Shown here: positions 25,015 through 38,800 of the stretch, piece after piece | Position numbering within the stretch: position 1 is the first letter of the stretch | Layout of the letters: the number at the start of each line of letters is the position of its first letter | Source of the DNA: Octopus bimaculoides | Lineage: Eukaryota | Length of the DNA stretch: 64,000 nucleotides | Direction of reading: 5' to 3' | Assembly: GCF_001194135.2 (NCBI RefSeq) | Contig: NC_068984.1 | Coordinates: 36,995,971 to 37,059,970 of the forward strand | Made by a program: the position numbers and the translations under genes | The notes under the pieces: model-generated | Seen by the model: the letters and a program-made list of their open reading frames with translations, nothing else | Databases searched by the model: none | What the model was told of the DNA's origin: nothing

Positions 25015-26031
25015 GGAACAGCGCTCTCTGCCGGCGCTGATGAAATTTTGTCAACCGATATAATCTGTGCTGTTTAGTATTTGTCGTCTACGCGAGATGA
25101 TTTCTCCAGTACAAAGGCTGCATCTGTCGCTAATAGCTAAAACATTAGATATATAGGTATTAAATATATATGTATGTATACGTATGCATCTATGTATCTA
25201 TGCTTATGTCTTTCTATATATGTATGGCATTATTCAGTATTATTTCAATATTTCTTGCCAATAGAAAAAAAGAGACGGTTTCTAACCTAGATCCAAGGCT
25301 CATTCATTGGAATTTCAATGATATCAACAGGCTATTTCCGCATGTACGCGTGCAGTAGTTAGAGTCAGCGCATGTGCAGATTTGTCTGTTCTGTTTTATG
25401 CATGCATTCTCATGCATATACTTGCACGGCTAGACATGCACACATAAACTTAAATCATGTGTATGCGTGAGTGTGTGTGTGAGAGAGAGAGAATGAGTGT
25501 GCGTGTGTGTGTCTGTGTGTGTTTATGTATGTATGTAATGATTTGTAGGGTTGTTTGGTTCTGTTTTTGTCTATCTTTTTGCATTTGTATATTCTAGCTG
25601 ACGACACGTACATTAAAGAGGGGACAATAATTTAGTGTGCTATTTACACCTTTATCAATAAAATCTGAGTGAAAACATAATGACTTCAGTCAAGATTTCA
25701 AGCTGTTATATCTTTTATGTACCGGCTTAACGACGGCAGCTATAAACTTTTGCTTTAAAATATACAAAAAGCGTATGTTCCGATTCTGCTAATGCTGCTA
25801 ATGTAGACCAGAAACATCAATTCAAACGGAAATTAAATACATAGGAATTAAGGAACGCAATAGTTAAAGTGTCAATCACAATGAAACATCAATTCAAAAT
25901 TAATTTTTGATTGAGAATAGAAATAGTTTATTTGCATTTTTGTTTCTTGATCGATGACTGTTTCCATTTCTTTCATGCTTTCACACTTTATATCCTTACA
26001 CACATTTCTCCCTTTCTTTCTTTACTATCGG

Positions 26032-26079
<48 letters not shown>

Positions 26080-26506
26080 NNNNNNNNNNNNNNNNNNNNN
26101 NNNNNNNNNNNNNNNNNNNNNNNNNNNNNNNNNNNNNNNNNNNNNNNNNNNNNNNNNNNNNNNNNNNNNNNNNNNNNNNNNNNNNNNNNNNNNNNNNNNN
26201 NNNNNNNNNNNNNNNNNNNNNNNNNNNNNNNNNNNNNNNNNNNNNNNNNNNNNNNNNNNNNNNNNNNNNNNNNNNNNNNNNNNNNNNNNNNNNNNNNNNN
26301 NNNNNNNNNNNNNNNNNNNNNNNNNNNNNNNNNNNNNNNNNNNNNNNNNNNNNNNNNNNNNNNNNNNNNNNNNNNNNNNNNNNNNNNNNNNNNNNNNNNN
26401 NNNNNNNNNNNNNNNNNNNNNNNNNNNNNNNTATGTGTGAGACTGCATATGTGTATATCAATATGTATAAATTATATGCACACTATATATACATATGTAT
26501 GTGTAT

Positions 26507-26565
<59 letters not shown>

Positions 26566-26592
26566 AAGTAACGATTATTTGCCAACCTGTAG

Positions 26593-26760
26593 GAGTCCCG
26601 TTTGGGGCGAATGCTACTGTTATTTATCCCCAAGCGACATCGCCTCCAGCTGACTATACGACACACGATCTGTGTCGTTATATTTTCGAACCCCCACCGA
26701 GCACAAAGCAGTATCTATGGACCGTACGGTTCCAGGGTTATTTTTCTTCATCGGCACAGA
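26593..26760 (+). other. Candidate 168-nt phase 1-1 exon or decayed mariner 3' end (unresolved)
   Basis: CTGTAG acceptor-like site, A|GTAACT donor-like site, open frame GVPFGANATVIYPQATSPPADYTTHDLCRYIFEPPPSTKQYLWTVRFQGYFSSSAQ. A DIAPADY-like frameshifted reading is also possible. Confidence 0.25.
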
Positions 26761-27093
26761 GTAACTTTTTGGCTGAGATCGCGCTTCTAAACACCCGTTC
26801 AAAAATATATAATTCTCCAAGTGACTAACAGTTACTGATCTAATAAATAGAAACATTGTTGTTCCTAATTTTTTCAACGAGAGATATTGAGTAGCAACAC
26901 TTTAAAGTAATGTTTATTTGCCAACCTAATATGGCAATCCTGTTTGGAGTGAATGCTACTAGATATATATACATACACATATCAGGTATTGGAGCCATCC
27001 TTATCAAAATATGACTTAGATGGTCAGGTCATCTCTCACGCACGAGTGATATTAATATTCCGAACCAACGTCTCTGTATACCTTTTTCTCGCC

Positions 27094-27127
<34 letters not shown>

Positions 27128-27191
27128 ATAGATTTTAGAGAAGGAATAAAGTAGTTATAGATGTGATACGTTTGTGTACTTTTGTGTTATA

Positions 27192-27360
27192 ACATGACCG
27201 TGGGAATAGAACTTCTCTTTCGAACCACATAGCTTATGATTCTGTCCCACTGTATAGCACCTGGGCAATTGTCTTTTACTAAAGTCCCGCGTCGAACAAA
27301 GCTTTGTGACTGAATTTGCTAGACTGAAACAGTGTGCAAACCCGCTGAATATGTATATAT
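27192..27360 (+). mobile_element. 5' half of the microsatellite-containing tRNA SINE
   Basis: GTCCCACTGTATAGCACCTGGGCAATTGTCTTTTACTAAAG...ACAAAGCTTTGTGACTGAATTTG matches the head of 45882-46240. Confidence 0.65.
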
Positions 27361-27364
27361 CTGG

Positions 27365-29149
27365 GGATCCAGACAAAATTCGGAAAAAAATCCTCTTAGT
27401 TAAAGTGCGAAAGTGGGCAAAAATCCCTCGGTTATATTTTTCGGTTAATTTTCGTTTTGTTTTCTGTTTTGCTTATTTCAGTCATTAGACTGCGGCCATG
27501 CTGGGGCACTGACTTGAAGAATTTTTAGTTGAGTGTATCGACCGCAGAAAGATCAGCATTTTAAATTCTATATTTCGCCACCCCTCACACATACATACAT
27601 ACACACCCCATTTTTTCATTTTTCACATTTTTCTGAAAATTTTGAGGGTATTCCGCGTACATTCACAGATTATGAATCTGGAAAATATTTTTTTCTGAAA
27701 TTTCAGATAACCACCTCCTACCGTGCCCATATCTACACCAATCTTCGTGCTGTTTTTAAACTCGTTCACAATCAACCCACTCAGTATTATTTTTTTCTGT
27801 TATCACAAACTTTCGGTTTTGAATATTCGCTATAAAAAAATGTATTGTCATTCTTCGCAAAAAGATCATAAATATAATAATAATAATTAATAATAATAAT
27901 ATAATTCGTTGAGGATTTTTCCAGTCAGAAATGAACTGAAGCTGGGATTAAAAATCGAATTTACATTTTTATTAATTGTGAAACAAATTTAAAGTCTTTT
28001 GTTTTCTCCTCTCTGCACTTGGAGATTAATGAGAATGAGTTGACCTCTTGATCTTTCCGCGGTCGTTGAAGGTTTAACAGAATCGTGGCACCGCTCTGGC
28101 CGAAGAGCAGTCGTTCAGATGTACCTCTGATCGTTTCTATCTTTCTACGTGCCTTTTATTCTGCCTTTCACTTGTAATTAGACATGATACTGTCTGACGA
28201 TGACGATGGTGGTGATGGTAGTGGTGGTGGTGCTGGTGATGATGGTGGCAGTTGCAGTGGTAATGATGAATGTTTTTCACTTGTAAAACACATTTCTTGA
28301 AGTAAATGCTTTCCCTTTTGCTAGAATTCAGTAAATATGTACGTTAAGTAGTAAAGACTCTTGTGTCCTGTTATTTTATTCTATTTATTCATTTTCGATT
28401 GAATATATATTTCTTTACTTAACAATTGGAATTTTGGAAAAAAAAAGTCATTTTACAACAGTGATTTTCGTTTTGTGTACGTCAAATTAAAAAAAAAATT
28501 CTAAAGATTTGGCTGTTATTTCTAGCTTGTGGAGACACCTTCAAGGCTTAACTTCATGCACTGGTTGAAAATCATCTACGCATGAACGAGTTTTAAATCA
28601 TCTGGAATATTGGTGGTGGTATGCGTAGTGTGGGAGTGGGGTGTCAATTTTTTTAAAAATTGAAATTTTATAAAAGGAAACTTTTCAGAATATCATAATT
28701 TTCTTATTTTCCTACGCAGAATCCAGCCCACTCAAAAACAAAAACAAAATGGTAAAGAGTGAAAAACGAAAAAATTGGGTAAGTGTGGAGGCGGAGATTT
28801 AAATNNNNNNNNNNNNNNNNNNNNNNNNNNNNNNNNNNNNNNNNNNNNNNNNNNNNNNNNNNNNNNNNNNNNNNNNGAAAACTTCTGAATCTGTAAAAAA
28901 AAATTTAGGGTTGATAGAGTCGGCTAAAAATTCTTCAAGGCGGTGTCCCAGAAAGGCTACAGTATAATGACTGAAACAAGTAAAAAGGTAAAAAGAAAAA
29001 AAAACAAAAAATAACCAAAAACTATAACCGAGGGGTTTTATCCGATTTCGCACTTTAACTAAGGGTGTGTTGTCCGAGTGTGTTTTGTTCTAGTGGAGTT
29101 TTGGTGATAGTGACGACGGTGGTGACGATGACGTTGAAATTGATGACAT

Positions 29150-29182
<33 letters not shown>

Positions 29183-29201
29183 CGACGACGACGACGACGA
29201 C

Positions 29202-29235
<34 letters not shown>

Positions 29236-29999
29236 GTGGTGGTGAATGTTTTGTAAAGCACATTTGAAGTTAATGCCTTCCCTCTTATGTTCGAATTCAG
29301 AAAATATGTACATTTGTTCGTAAAGTCTACTCTGTTCTGTTACTCTATCCTACATATTCATTTTCGATTGAGTATAGTTTTGTATATTTAAGAATTGGAA
29401 CTTAGAAAAATAGAAGTCTTTAGCAACCGCGATTTCCGTTTTTGTTTGCGTATAATTGAAAAAAAAATTAAGAGATTTGGTTGATATTTCTAGCATGTGC
29501 AGAGACTTTGAAGGCTTAATTGCATGTACTGGTTGAAAGTCACCTACGCATACGCAAATGAGTGAACGCGTTTAAAAACTTTCGGAATATTAGTGTGAAT
29601 TTGAGAGGGATGGGAGGTGTGTCATTTCTTTTTTTTTCTTTATAATTGAAATTTCAGAAAACTTTTTTTCAGAATCATAATCATAATGGCCGTATTTTGC
29701 TACGAAGCATTCAAAAATAATTTTCGGAAGCGAGCAAGAAAATTGGGTAGGGTTAAATTTAAATTATGAAATGCCGATTGTTTTGGTCAGAATCGAAATC
29801 TGCGTTAACGAAAACGTCGGAATCTGAAAACAAAAGAAAGAAAAATAGGGTGAGGTACTTATTGTGCACCTCCTCTAAAAATGCAACCGGGGAGATTTTG
29901 CCCGATTTTGCACTTTAATTTAAGGGATCTTGTCCGACTGATTTTGTCGGAGACGATTTTTCCAGGGGGATCTCAACTAGGAGGTTTTGTCCGGATTCT
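27365..29999. repeat. Three diverged copies of one block: inverted pair 27365-27770 / 28583-29092 and direct pair ~28265-29095 / ~29240-29999
   Basis: Shared motifs GAACG(A/C)GTTT(T)AAA, TGAAATTT, CAGAAT(A)TCATAAT, TTT(C/T)GCACTTTAA(C/T)T(A/T)A. Both inverted arms carry the same SINE 3' tail at the equivalent position. Confidence 0.8.
29150..29237. repeat. Compound (GAT)n(GAC)n(GAT)n microsatellite
   Basis: Read directly. Explains the poly-H/M/I/R/T ORFs. Confidence 0.97.
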
Positions 30000-32900
30000 G
30001 TAAGTATGTGTATATGTATGTATGTAACTATGTATGTATGTATGTATGTATGAATGCTCTCATGTGTCTATGTCTGTTTGTAGGTGCGTTCGTGTGCCTT
30101 TTTCTCCTTCCCTTGATATTGCACTACATTGAAGAAGTTGAGCTATTATTTTCTATAATTAAATATTTTGTGCGTCAGTGTATGTATATGTAAATATATA
30201 ATTCTAAAGTGTCTGTGTATACGTTCAGACACAAGAGATGTGTGGTCGAAACAGACGAAATATATCAACATTTTGAGAACATGTGTGAGGTTGTAGGCCG
30301 AAACTGTGCCTCTAGATATTGACTTAGAAAGGCTTAAATGCCTCCATATGTACATACTGTCGTTGACATGGTCGAAGGCTGATCATAAATTGCTAGGAAC
30401 CGCTACAAAACAAAATACTTGGCAATGAGATCTTTGTTTTGTTTCTGTGGAGCGGCTTGTTTCCCAGATCATTTTGTTTAATTTTAGAGTTCCCAAAATT
30501 TATCAGTCTGGAATAGTAAAAGTTGTTTATGGTTATCGCAGCTGGTACCTTACATTTAGTTATTCGAATTTGCCCATTTCCGATCAACAGATTGGTTCGG
30601 AAATGTGAAATTAGAGATTTGAGGTGACAGCTGGAATAGCTACACGCACATTCACACACAAACACACACACACACATCACACATAAATATACTCACATAG
30701 ATACGCACACACCACCCACACACCCTGACACAGATATATATATATATATACGTAGATGTCTATATATATATAGAGATGCTTATATATATATATGAAGATG
30801 CATGCATAGTGAGAGAGGTTATTTATTTTACTATCTTTTAGTTTTTAATGTATTGATATTTGAGGTCCGAAATGTTTAGTTTAATCAAGTTCGCTATTTA
30901 ATAATCCCATAATTCCTTTCAACTTGTGATTTTTAAATTGTGACACTTTCTTGTCCGTTGTCATCCATCTATCGCGTGGTTTTAGACAGTAATATAACAA
31001 GTTCTTGACTTCTAGTATCACCATTATCATATGAAACCTTCCACCACATAATGTAAAAAAGATCCGCTGATGCCTTTACAGCCGACAGCTGTTTAAGTAT
31101 CTCGCCATTTTATATCGATAATGAAGGATATAAATCCATAAATTAGCAATTATTCTCTCCAGAAATTTCCTCTCTGACGCATTGACACTGAGAATGACTC
31201 AGCAGTAGAGTCAAATCAGCGATACACGTACAATTGCTGTTATTTTAGAATGTTATGTCGTAACAAGGGCATGCTAACAATGAGTATATGATTTTGTTTC
31301 TCGGTTTTTCTTTTCACTTACATGATATATTGATGTAGCTTGTATAAAACAATGTAAATGTTATTACCAAACATTAGGCTACTGTAGGCATACCAGTCTA
31401 ATCTTTAGAATAAGCGTACAAATCCTTCCACACGTCTGTTTGTTGGATAGCATTACGTGCATGACTAATACATCTTATTTATGACTTTTTCATAGTATGC
31501 AGTAATTCTGAAAATTGTCTGTAAATCTTTAGTTAGTTTCATTCGGTAGTAGGTATGGTATCAGTAAAAAACATGATTCACAAATCATATTCTCATTAGA
31601 ATATTACTTAGAAATAGAATAGAATAAATATAAGTATAACCGTATTATTTATTATTTGTTAACGGACATAGATACAAAAAAAAATAGTTCATATTTGAAA
31701 ACTGAATGTATGCAATAATTTTTTAAAACTTTTGTTATAAATGTTTTTTGCATTAAACATAATTTCTCTTTTAGATCCCTTGCTGTTCACCAAATGAAAA
31801 GGCATGTTTGTAATTTAAAAACGAAAGTAACTTTCCATTATAATCCATTTTATGGAGTAGTATTAAGTCTTGATTAAAATGAATATTTTAAATCAGGTTT
31901 ATTCTCACTGGAATGACCACGAATGAGGCAGTTATTGGTATTTTCTGTTATAACAATCGAACTTTCATTTGCAACCAATGCAACATACTTCGAAATAATA
32001 TGCATATAGAAAAGAGAAAAAAAACTACTCGACGAAAATTCAGAAGGAATATCCTACAGAGTAAACACAGGGTTTTAAAAGTTTAAATGAAAGCATACAA
32101 TTAAGAAAAGAAACAGGAAAGATAAAATATTTTATAAGGGCGTATTCGTTCATTTTAAATTTCTTCTTTTTATGTTCATATTGAATAAAGATATCAATCT
32201 CAGGGGGAAACGCTTACGAAGTTTCTATATTATATCGCATAGAATTATTGTTATCGAATATAATTTAGTCTTGAATTTTAGACGAGATTACAGTGAATTA
32301 CATTTTCATTCTTTCCACAATTGAATGGATATGTTATTCTTATTTCGGTTTACATGTAACTTCACAATATATATCGTCAGTTACTTTGTAGTGTGTACTT
32401 TATTAAAAGATCTTAACTATACTGACACTTAACTGTACTTACCAAAACTTTTACAAAAGAGAAGCAAGGAAGTAATTTAAAATTGTACTGGAAACTTCAA
32501 AACATTATTTCCCCGCTTATTATCTTTAATGTACAAGTAACTATATTGCAGTTTACTATATATTACCGTAACTATTTCTACCAATAACAATTTCCTGATA
32601 CCATTCATGATCAATGTCGTTCTTGTTTCTATCGCCTGATACATCTCGTTTTACGTCACGAGAACTTTCTAATTTATGTTATGAATATCTAAATCCATTA
32701 TGTTCTCTAATTCACAGATATTTTCATTAGCGTATCAGCGAACCGAACTGTAGAAATGTATTTGTTACATAAGTAGGAGGGGTTTTTTTTTCTGTATTAT
32801 ACAGATTTATATAGTTTATCTTCTCGGTTATTACTGGTATAGAAAAAAGTTACAGAGAAAAGGTACCAGATATTCTTAGGTGGACGGAAACAAATATTAT

Positions 32901-33444
32901 AGTAAATTTACTTCTATTCTTAACATCCTTCGCAGTCCACCATAATTTAATCTTTGAAAATGAGAAATAATAGATTCTTTAATCTGTTAGTCTCCAATTT
33001 AGTAGCATTCTGAGAAGTTACCTTATTTACCATAATTGCTTTCTATATAATCTCACTTTAACTTTAGTTATTTAAAGGTTTAATAGGGACATACACATGT
33101 CTATCGCATAATGTAACAGATTTTGGAAAGAAATACAACTATACATAAATATTTTTGCTATGAATATTAAATGTGCAGAATTTCTATTGTTATCATCAAA
33201 TAAAAATCAGTGTTCAATTATGTACAACACTAGTTATCACAAATTTACGAGTCATATTGTATCACAAAAAACATAATAGAAGCTTCATAATCCGCATGAC
33301 AGGCAATCGTGACCGATCATTAACAAGTGTGTTTTTCTTCAAATTCAAAAAAAAAAGAAACACATACACGCAGTTTCTTTTCTCCTTGTAAATTCTCCTT
33401 TGTAACAAAATCTCCCCCAAATATCATACACAAACACACACACA

Positions 33445-33476
<32 letters not shown>

Positions 33477-34109
33477 TACGACACACGCAGACGCAGACGC
33501 AGACGCAAGCGTACACATATATAAAATGTGCTGACAGATACACACATAGACATCACACGCATATCCAAATGTGTGTCTGTGTGAGTATACAGTGCATATG
33601 ATATGTATGTGCATATGTATATGCTTGCATGTGTATTGAGTGTGTAAATGCGTGTACACGCGTATGATTTTTTTATGCATATGCGTGTGCATTTATATGA
33701 GTGTATAGGTGTGTTCTGTCAGAGCTGAGCTTGGGTTAAACAACCACAATACACACACATATATAATCCAAACGCTTACACACATACAGCCATCATGCCT
33801 ACCACTCCACAGTTTTTGTTCCTTTATTAACAATGTTAGCATTTATTTCAGATGTGCCTTTCATATTGAAAGTTATAAGATTTCAGGGAGGTTTGCTTGT
33901 CATCTTTCTTAGGTCAAGCAATAACGAAATGGGTTGTGTGAATGTCTAAGTATAGTGTAGGCATAAGAGAAAGATTGAATGAATATATATGTGTGATCAT
34001 GTATGTATTTATGTTATCATCCTTTTCTTTTAATATTTGAATTCTTCTTTATAGGAAAGGGCTGGTTTTGAACAGAGAAATAAAAAGTTCCATTTCTGAA
34101 ATAGTATCA

Positions 34110-34325
34110 GATTTTGCCACAAGATAAGCAATTTTAGCTGGGGAAGATAGTCGATTACTTCGGCTGCAGTGCTCAACTGGTACATATTTCATCGACACCA
34201 CAACACTGAAAGGCAAAACGGACCACAGTGGCATATGAAATAAGGACTTAAAGATTCGGGAGAATTGCTGTGAAACATTTTTGCTCGATGTAAAAACGAT
34301 TCTGCCAGATTGCGGCCTTTCATCG
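34110..34325 (-). mobile_element. Decayed Meta/MESC-like SINE copy
   Basis: TAGTCGATTAC...CAGTGCTCAACTGGTACATATTTCATCGAC...TGAAAGGCAAA...AACGATTCTGCCAG. Confidence 0.7.
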
Positions 34326-35956
34326 CTGGAAATGGATAACAAAAACGATGAATACTACATGCTGAGATTTAGAAGTCCTTTATAAATTTTACTATTGTGC
34401 ATTTAAAGTGCATCTTAACAGGTGACTTACTTTGCTTGAAATACCTAGCATTTGAAGGTATCCATTTGATTATTTACTAACATAGCAGAAGGTAATAGTA
34501 ATTGTTTTTCATAGAGATCTTCGAGTTACTTAATTATTCGTGATATCCCCAAGTTACTTAGTAACAAAGCTGTAAGCTTTCATTGTCTGAATCAAAACAT
34601 TCCAGTGATTTTTTAATGATAGTGAATGTATGGAAATTTGCATACCCGTTTAAAGGCTGTGGATTACTGTTTAGCATACGAACATATTTATATGACTTCA
34701 TTTTTATGTATTTGCATATGTGTGCCACGCATACACTTGATTGTGATATCTGTTTTCCTTTGTTTTCGGCTTGCAAATAATTGTCAATTTGTATTTGTCT
34801 GCATTAACGGTTCTCTTTTGTAGAACAAATTTCTTAAACAAGCATTCAATATCTTCCTGCCATCAGATGAATTCAGATTCAAATCCCTTCTTTCTCTCGT
34901 GTTGTTTGTAGGAGTAATTCTTTATCTTCCCTCATACGTTCTCCATCACCCAGCGAAATTGTGAATTTAAATATATATATATATATATCGACGACACTCG
35001 TCAAAATATATATTTGTGGGTGTATAATTTGTTTACAACAAAATTGTTCGTATAAAATGATTGCTCCAGACTATATTCTATCATTTTTTTTTTCAAAATT
35101 TCGATTAGATCGTACATTTGTATTTCTTTGTATGTATGTGTGTGTATGTGTATGTGTGTGTGTGTGTGTGTGTGTTATTTGTGCTCGCGTGTGTGTGTGT
35201 GTATGTGAACGTAAGAATGAATGAATNNNNNNNNNNNNNNNNNNNNNNNNNNNNNNNNNNNNNNNNNNNNNNNNNNNNNNNNNNNNNNNNNNNNNNNNNN
35301 NNNNNNNNNNNNNNNNNNNNNNNNNNNNNNNNNNNNNNNNNNNNNNNNNNNNNNNNNNNNNNNNNNNNNNNNNNNNNNNNNNNNNNNNNNNNNNNNNNNN
35401 NNNNNNNNNNNNNNNNNNNNNNNNNNNNNNNNNNNNNNNNNNNNNNNNNNNNNNNNNNNNNNNNNNNNNNNNNNNNNNNNNNNNNNNNNNNNNNNNNNNN
35501 NNNNNNNNNNNNNNNNNNNNNNNNNNNNNNNNNNNNNNNNNNNNNNNNNNNNNNNNNNNNNNNNNNNNNNNNNNNNNNNNNNNNNNNNNNNNNNNNNNNN
35601 NNNNNNNNNNNNNNNNNNNNNNNNNNNNNNNNNNNNNNNNNNNNNNNNNNNNNNNNNNNNNNNNNNNNNNNNNNNNNNNNNNNNNNNNNNNNNNNNNNNN
35701 NNNNNNNNNNNNNNNNNNNNNNNNNNNNNNNNNNNNNNNNNNNNNNNNNNNNNNNNNNNNNNNNNNNNNNNNNNNNNNNNNNNNNNNNNNNNNNNNNNNN
35801 NNNNNNNNNNNNNNNNNNNNNNNNNNNNNNNNNNNNNNNNNNNNNNNNNNNNNNNNNNNNNNNNNNNNNNNNNNNNNNNNNNNNNNNNNNNNNNNNNNNN
35901 NNNNNNNNNNNNNNNNNNNNNNNNNNNNNNNNNNNNNNNNNNNNNNNNNNNNNNNN

Positions 35957-36052
35957 AAGAAGAAGAAGAAGAAGAAGAAGAAGAAGAAGAAGAAGAAGAA
36001 GAAGAAGAAGAAGAAGAAGAAGAAGAAGAAGAAGAAGAAGAAGAAGAAGAAG
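35957..36052. repeat. (GAA)n microsatellite at a gap edge
   Basis: Read directly. Confidence 0.97.
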
Positions 36053-36129
36053 GAGAGGCAGTGGTTTGTCTTTCGAAGGACCCATCGTATTCGTCTTGAG
36101 AAGAATGATTATCCGCTCTGTCTCGGTTC

Positions 36130-37090
36130 ATTTTCTGATGTTCACTCTACCGAATCATCTACCTTGTTTTGCCCTTCGCACTGCCTCTGCTGGTACGGAT
36201 AGCTTTTTCAGTTACTTCGTCAACGAAAAATGAGGTGGAGCTGTTGGTTACGATTGGATGACGGGGAAGTTGTTTGCTGTCTACTCTAATCATACTCTGA
36301 AAAACTCTAGAAATTAAATTCTGAATTTTTGTTGCTGTGGAGAATGTTTTCCTCCTCTCCATCACAGTCACGGTTGTCCGAGATTGAGGCAATGGTTCCT
36401 TTCGCTTGGAGAATCGACTGATATTGATTTGATAACAACAGCGGTGGAGTAAAACGTCTAGACGATGAGCGTATGAAAGAAGTGAACAGAGAAGGGTACA
36501 AGTATTTATGTTTTACAATTTGGCCACATGCTGAAGCCAAGATGAAGGAAAAGATTTCTTCTGAATATACCAAATGAGTGAAAAAGCTATACTGAACCAA
36601 GGTGAATGACAAAAACTTAAACGGGGATATCAAAGTTTAATCGGTAGGCGTGGTCCGCTACTGCATGAGAGTCGTGGCATGAAGGAAGGAGGATTTGACT
36701 TCCAAGGACAGAAAAATACTAGGAAGATAAAGGCCATGCACGGGTGTCTTCGTACAAGAATAAATGTAGCAAGACTTTATTTATCTAGGAAGGTGGGAGA
36801 GTATTGGTTAAATAGAGAATAGCGTTACGGAGGAAATCAAGTCATTTGCATACTTATTTGACAGAAAACGATGAAGAGTGTTGCAGGCTGCACGGAGTGA
36901 GAAGGTTATCAGTGGGTACAAGATGAAGACTAATGAAGGAAAGATTATCAACTGGAAAGAGAAAATCCTACACGGAGAGTTTTTCCAATAGACATCGGAT
37001 ATCCATGTCTTAACAATCTAGGAGATGGTTAAAACACGGATTTTAAAGGAGACAGAAGGATTGATCTTACTACTCAAGAACAATCAAATA
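36130..37090 (+). mobile_element. R4/Dong-like RT C-terminal fragment
   Basis: GVKRLDDERMKEVNREGYKYL, KMKEKISSEYTK, VGVVRY, AMHGCLRTRINVARLYLSRKVG, WKEKILHGEFF, KETEGLIL. Confidence 0.85.
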
Positions 37091-37264
37091 CAGCATTAAT
37101 CTAGAACTTGACTGATGCCATATGTTCTCAAATTCGAAGTGGGTTGAATAGCAAAGTTCATCGACGCAGGATTTGAAACCTAAAACTAAAATCCACCACA
37201 AATATCGTAAAGCATTTTCTGTGAAGGTACAATTCTGTGTCAAACACTGATATTTATAGCTTTT

Positions 37265-37470
37265 AGGCTGAGATTCAAAGGCAAATAATTTAGGAGAGGA
37301 GTTAGCTTATTAAATTGTCCCCAGTACTTTGAGTGATACTTATTTTACCGACTCCAAAATTGTGAAAGGCAAAGTTGATCTCCATGGAGTTTCAACTCGG
37401 AAAATAGATAACGTAACTATATTCTATATAACAGTTTGTCTGATGCTCGAACAATTCTGCCAATCCACTA
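37265..37470 (-). mobile_element. Decayed Meta/MESC-like SINE copy
   Basis: CCCCAGTACTT...TACTTATTTTACCGAC...TGAAAGGCAAAGTTGATCTC...TTTCAACTCGG...AATTCTGCCA. Confidence 0.65.
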
Positions 37471-37945
37471 ATAACCAACAAAAGCAAAAGAAGAATGGAA
37501 TCAGCTGATTTACATTTTTTAGTTCCATTCTAACGAATAATTAATTACTGCTTGAATGACATTAATAACGTTAAAACCAAAAAATGAATTATTAAGTATT
37601 AACATAGAAAACAGGAAAACAAATTTTGGTTTTAATGTTCACAACTTAATGTTGTTGAATATCGCTTTGTTTTAACTCTTCAACAAATTGGGAGTTCGTC
37701 GTGTAGAAAAGCTATTCTTATATAATTTTGTAGTTATGATACTTAAGTATTCTTATAACGCTCCATCAATTACATAAAACCATCATATATCTCAATTATT
37801 GGTTAAAAACATAAAACTAAAATAAGAAAGGATTCCAAATATTAAACCATTTTTTCTTCGACAATTTATTTGGCAGATTGAACAAAAAAAGAAGCATTTA
37901 TATTGATCGTTGAACCTATTTTTAACTTTGTTTATTGTTGTTGGA

Positions 37946-37999
<54 letters not shown>

Positions 38000-38047
38000 N
38001 NNNNNNNNNACGACGACGATGATGATGACGACGACGACGACGACGAC

Positions 38048-38111
<64 letters not shown>
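37946..38111. repeat. (GAT)n/(GAC)n microsatellite with a small gap
   Basis: Read directly. Confidence 0.97.
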
Positions 38112-38309
38112 CAAAATAATACTATTAATTATAAAAATAATGAGGACGACGATGACACTAGCAGAAGCAAAATAATAATAATAAAAATAATAATGATGAC
38201 GATGATGATGGTTATAATTATTTGATGAAAACTCTCAGCTTATTTTGCTGCGTATGATAGAAATTGTCAGCTGTCGACAGTCAGCAGACAATGGTGACAA
38301 TTGTTTATT

Positions 38310-38800
38310 GATCATGCGTCAAGAACCCTGCGTAGAACTTTTGCAGGTCCAAGCAATGGTGATTTTTTTAGGTGTTCTATCTTTATATTTGTACCAATCT
38401 TTTTGAGCCATGTTGGTAGCTAAGTGCTGATACTTACAAATGCGTCAATTATTACTGGTACTACATGCACTCTCTTCATTGCTCACAACATTCGTGTTTC
38501 CCACTTGAAATCGTCGTAGTTGTTCAGTTTTACCTCTTTCTCTTTCATCCTGTTGTCACTGGGATACTCCATGTCGAATATCATGCAGGTAGTTTCTTTC
38601 TTGTTAACCAGAACAATGTCAGGTTTTCGATGTGTGATTTCATGGTCACAATAGATCATTGCACCCCACAGGATTTTGCTGTCCTCGTTCTCGGTAACTC
38701 TTTCTGGAATTTGGTCATGCCACGTCTATGCTCTGCGTCGGCTGAGGTTTCTACAAAACTCCCAATGGATCATACTTGCGGGGTGCTGCTGAGGTGTGCA
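38310..38800 (-). mobile_element. R4/Dong-like RLE endonuclease 3' end
   Basis: PERVTENEDSKILW...HEITHRKPDIVLVNKKETTCMIFD.EYPSDNR..EKE.KL (RLE PD..D motif), VVPVII, LLGPAKVLRRVLDA*. Confidence 0.88.

Noticed and set aside
30280-30310. TGTGAGG...CCGAAACTGTG hammerhead-like motif
   Set aside because: The first core box is absent and there is no valid cleavage triplet.
30480-30610. Possible plus-strand exon (RVPKIYQSGIVKVVYGYRSWYLTF...)
   Set aside because: Short, no recognisable homology and a weak donor site.
34049-34342. 97-aa minus-strand ORF with a strong-looking TTTCCAG acceptor
   Set aside because: It overlaps a decayed copy of the Meta/MESC-like SINE for most of its length.
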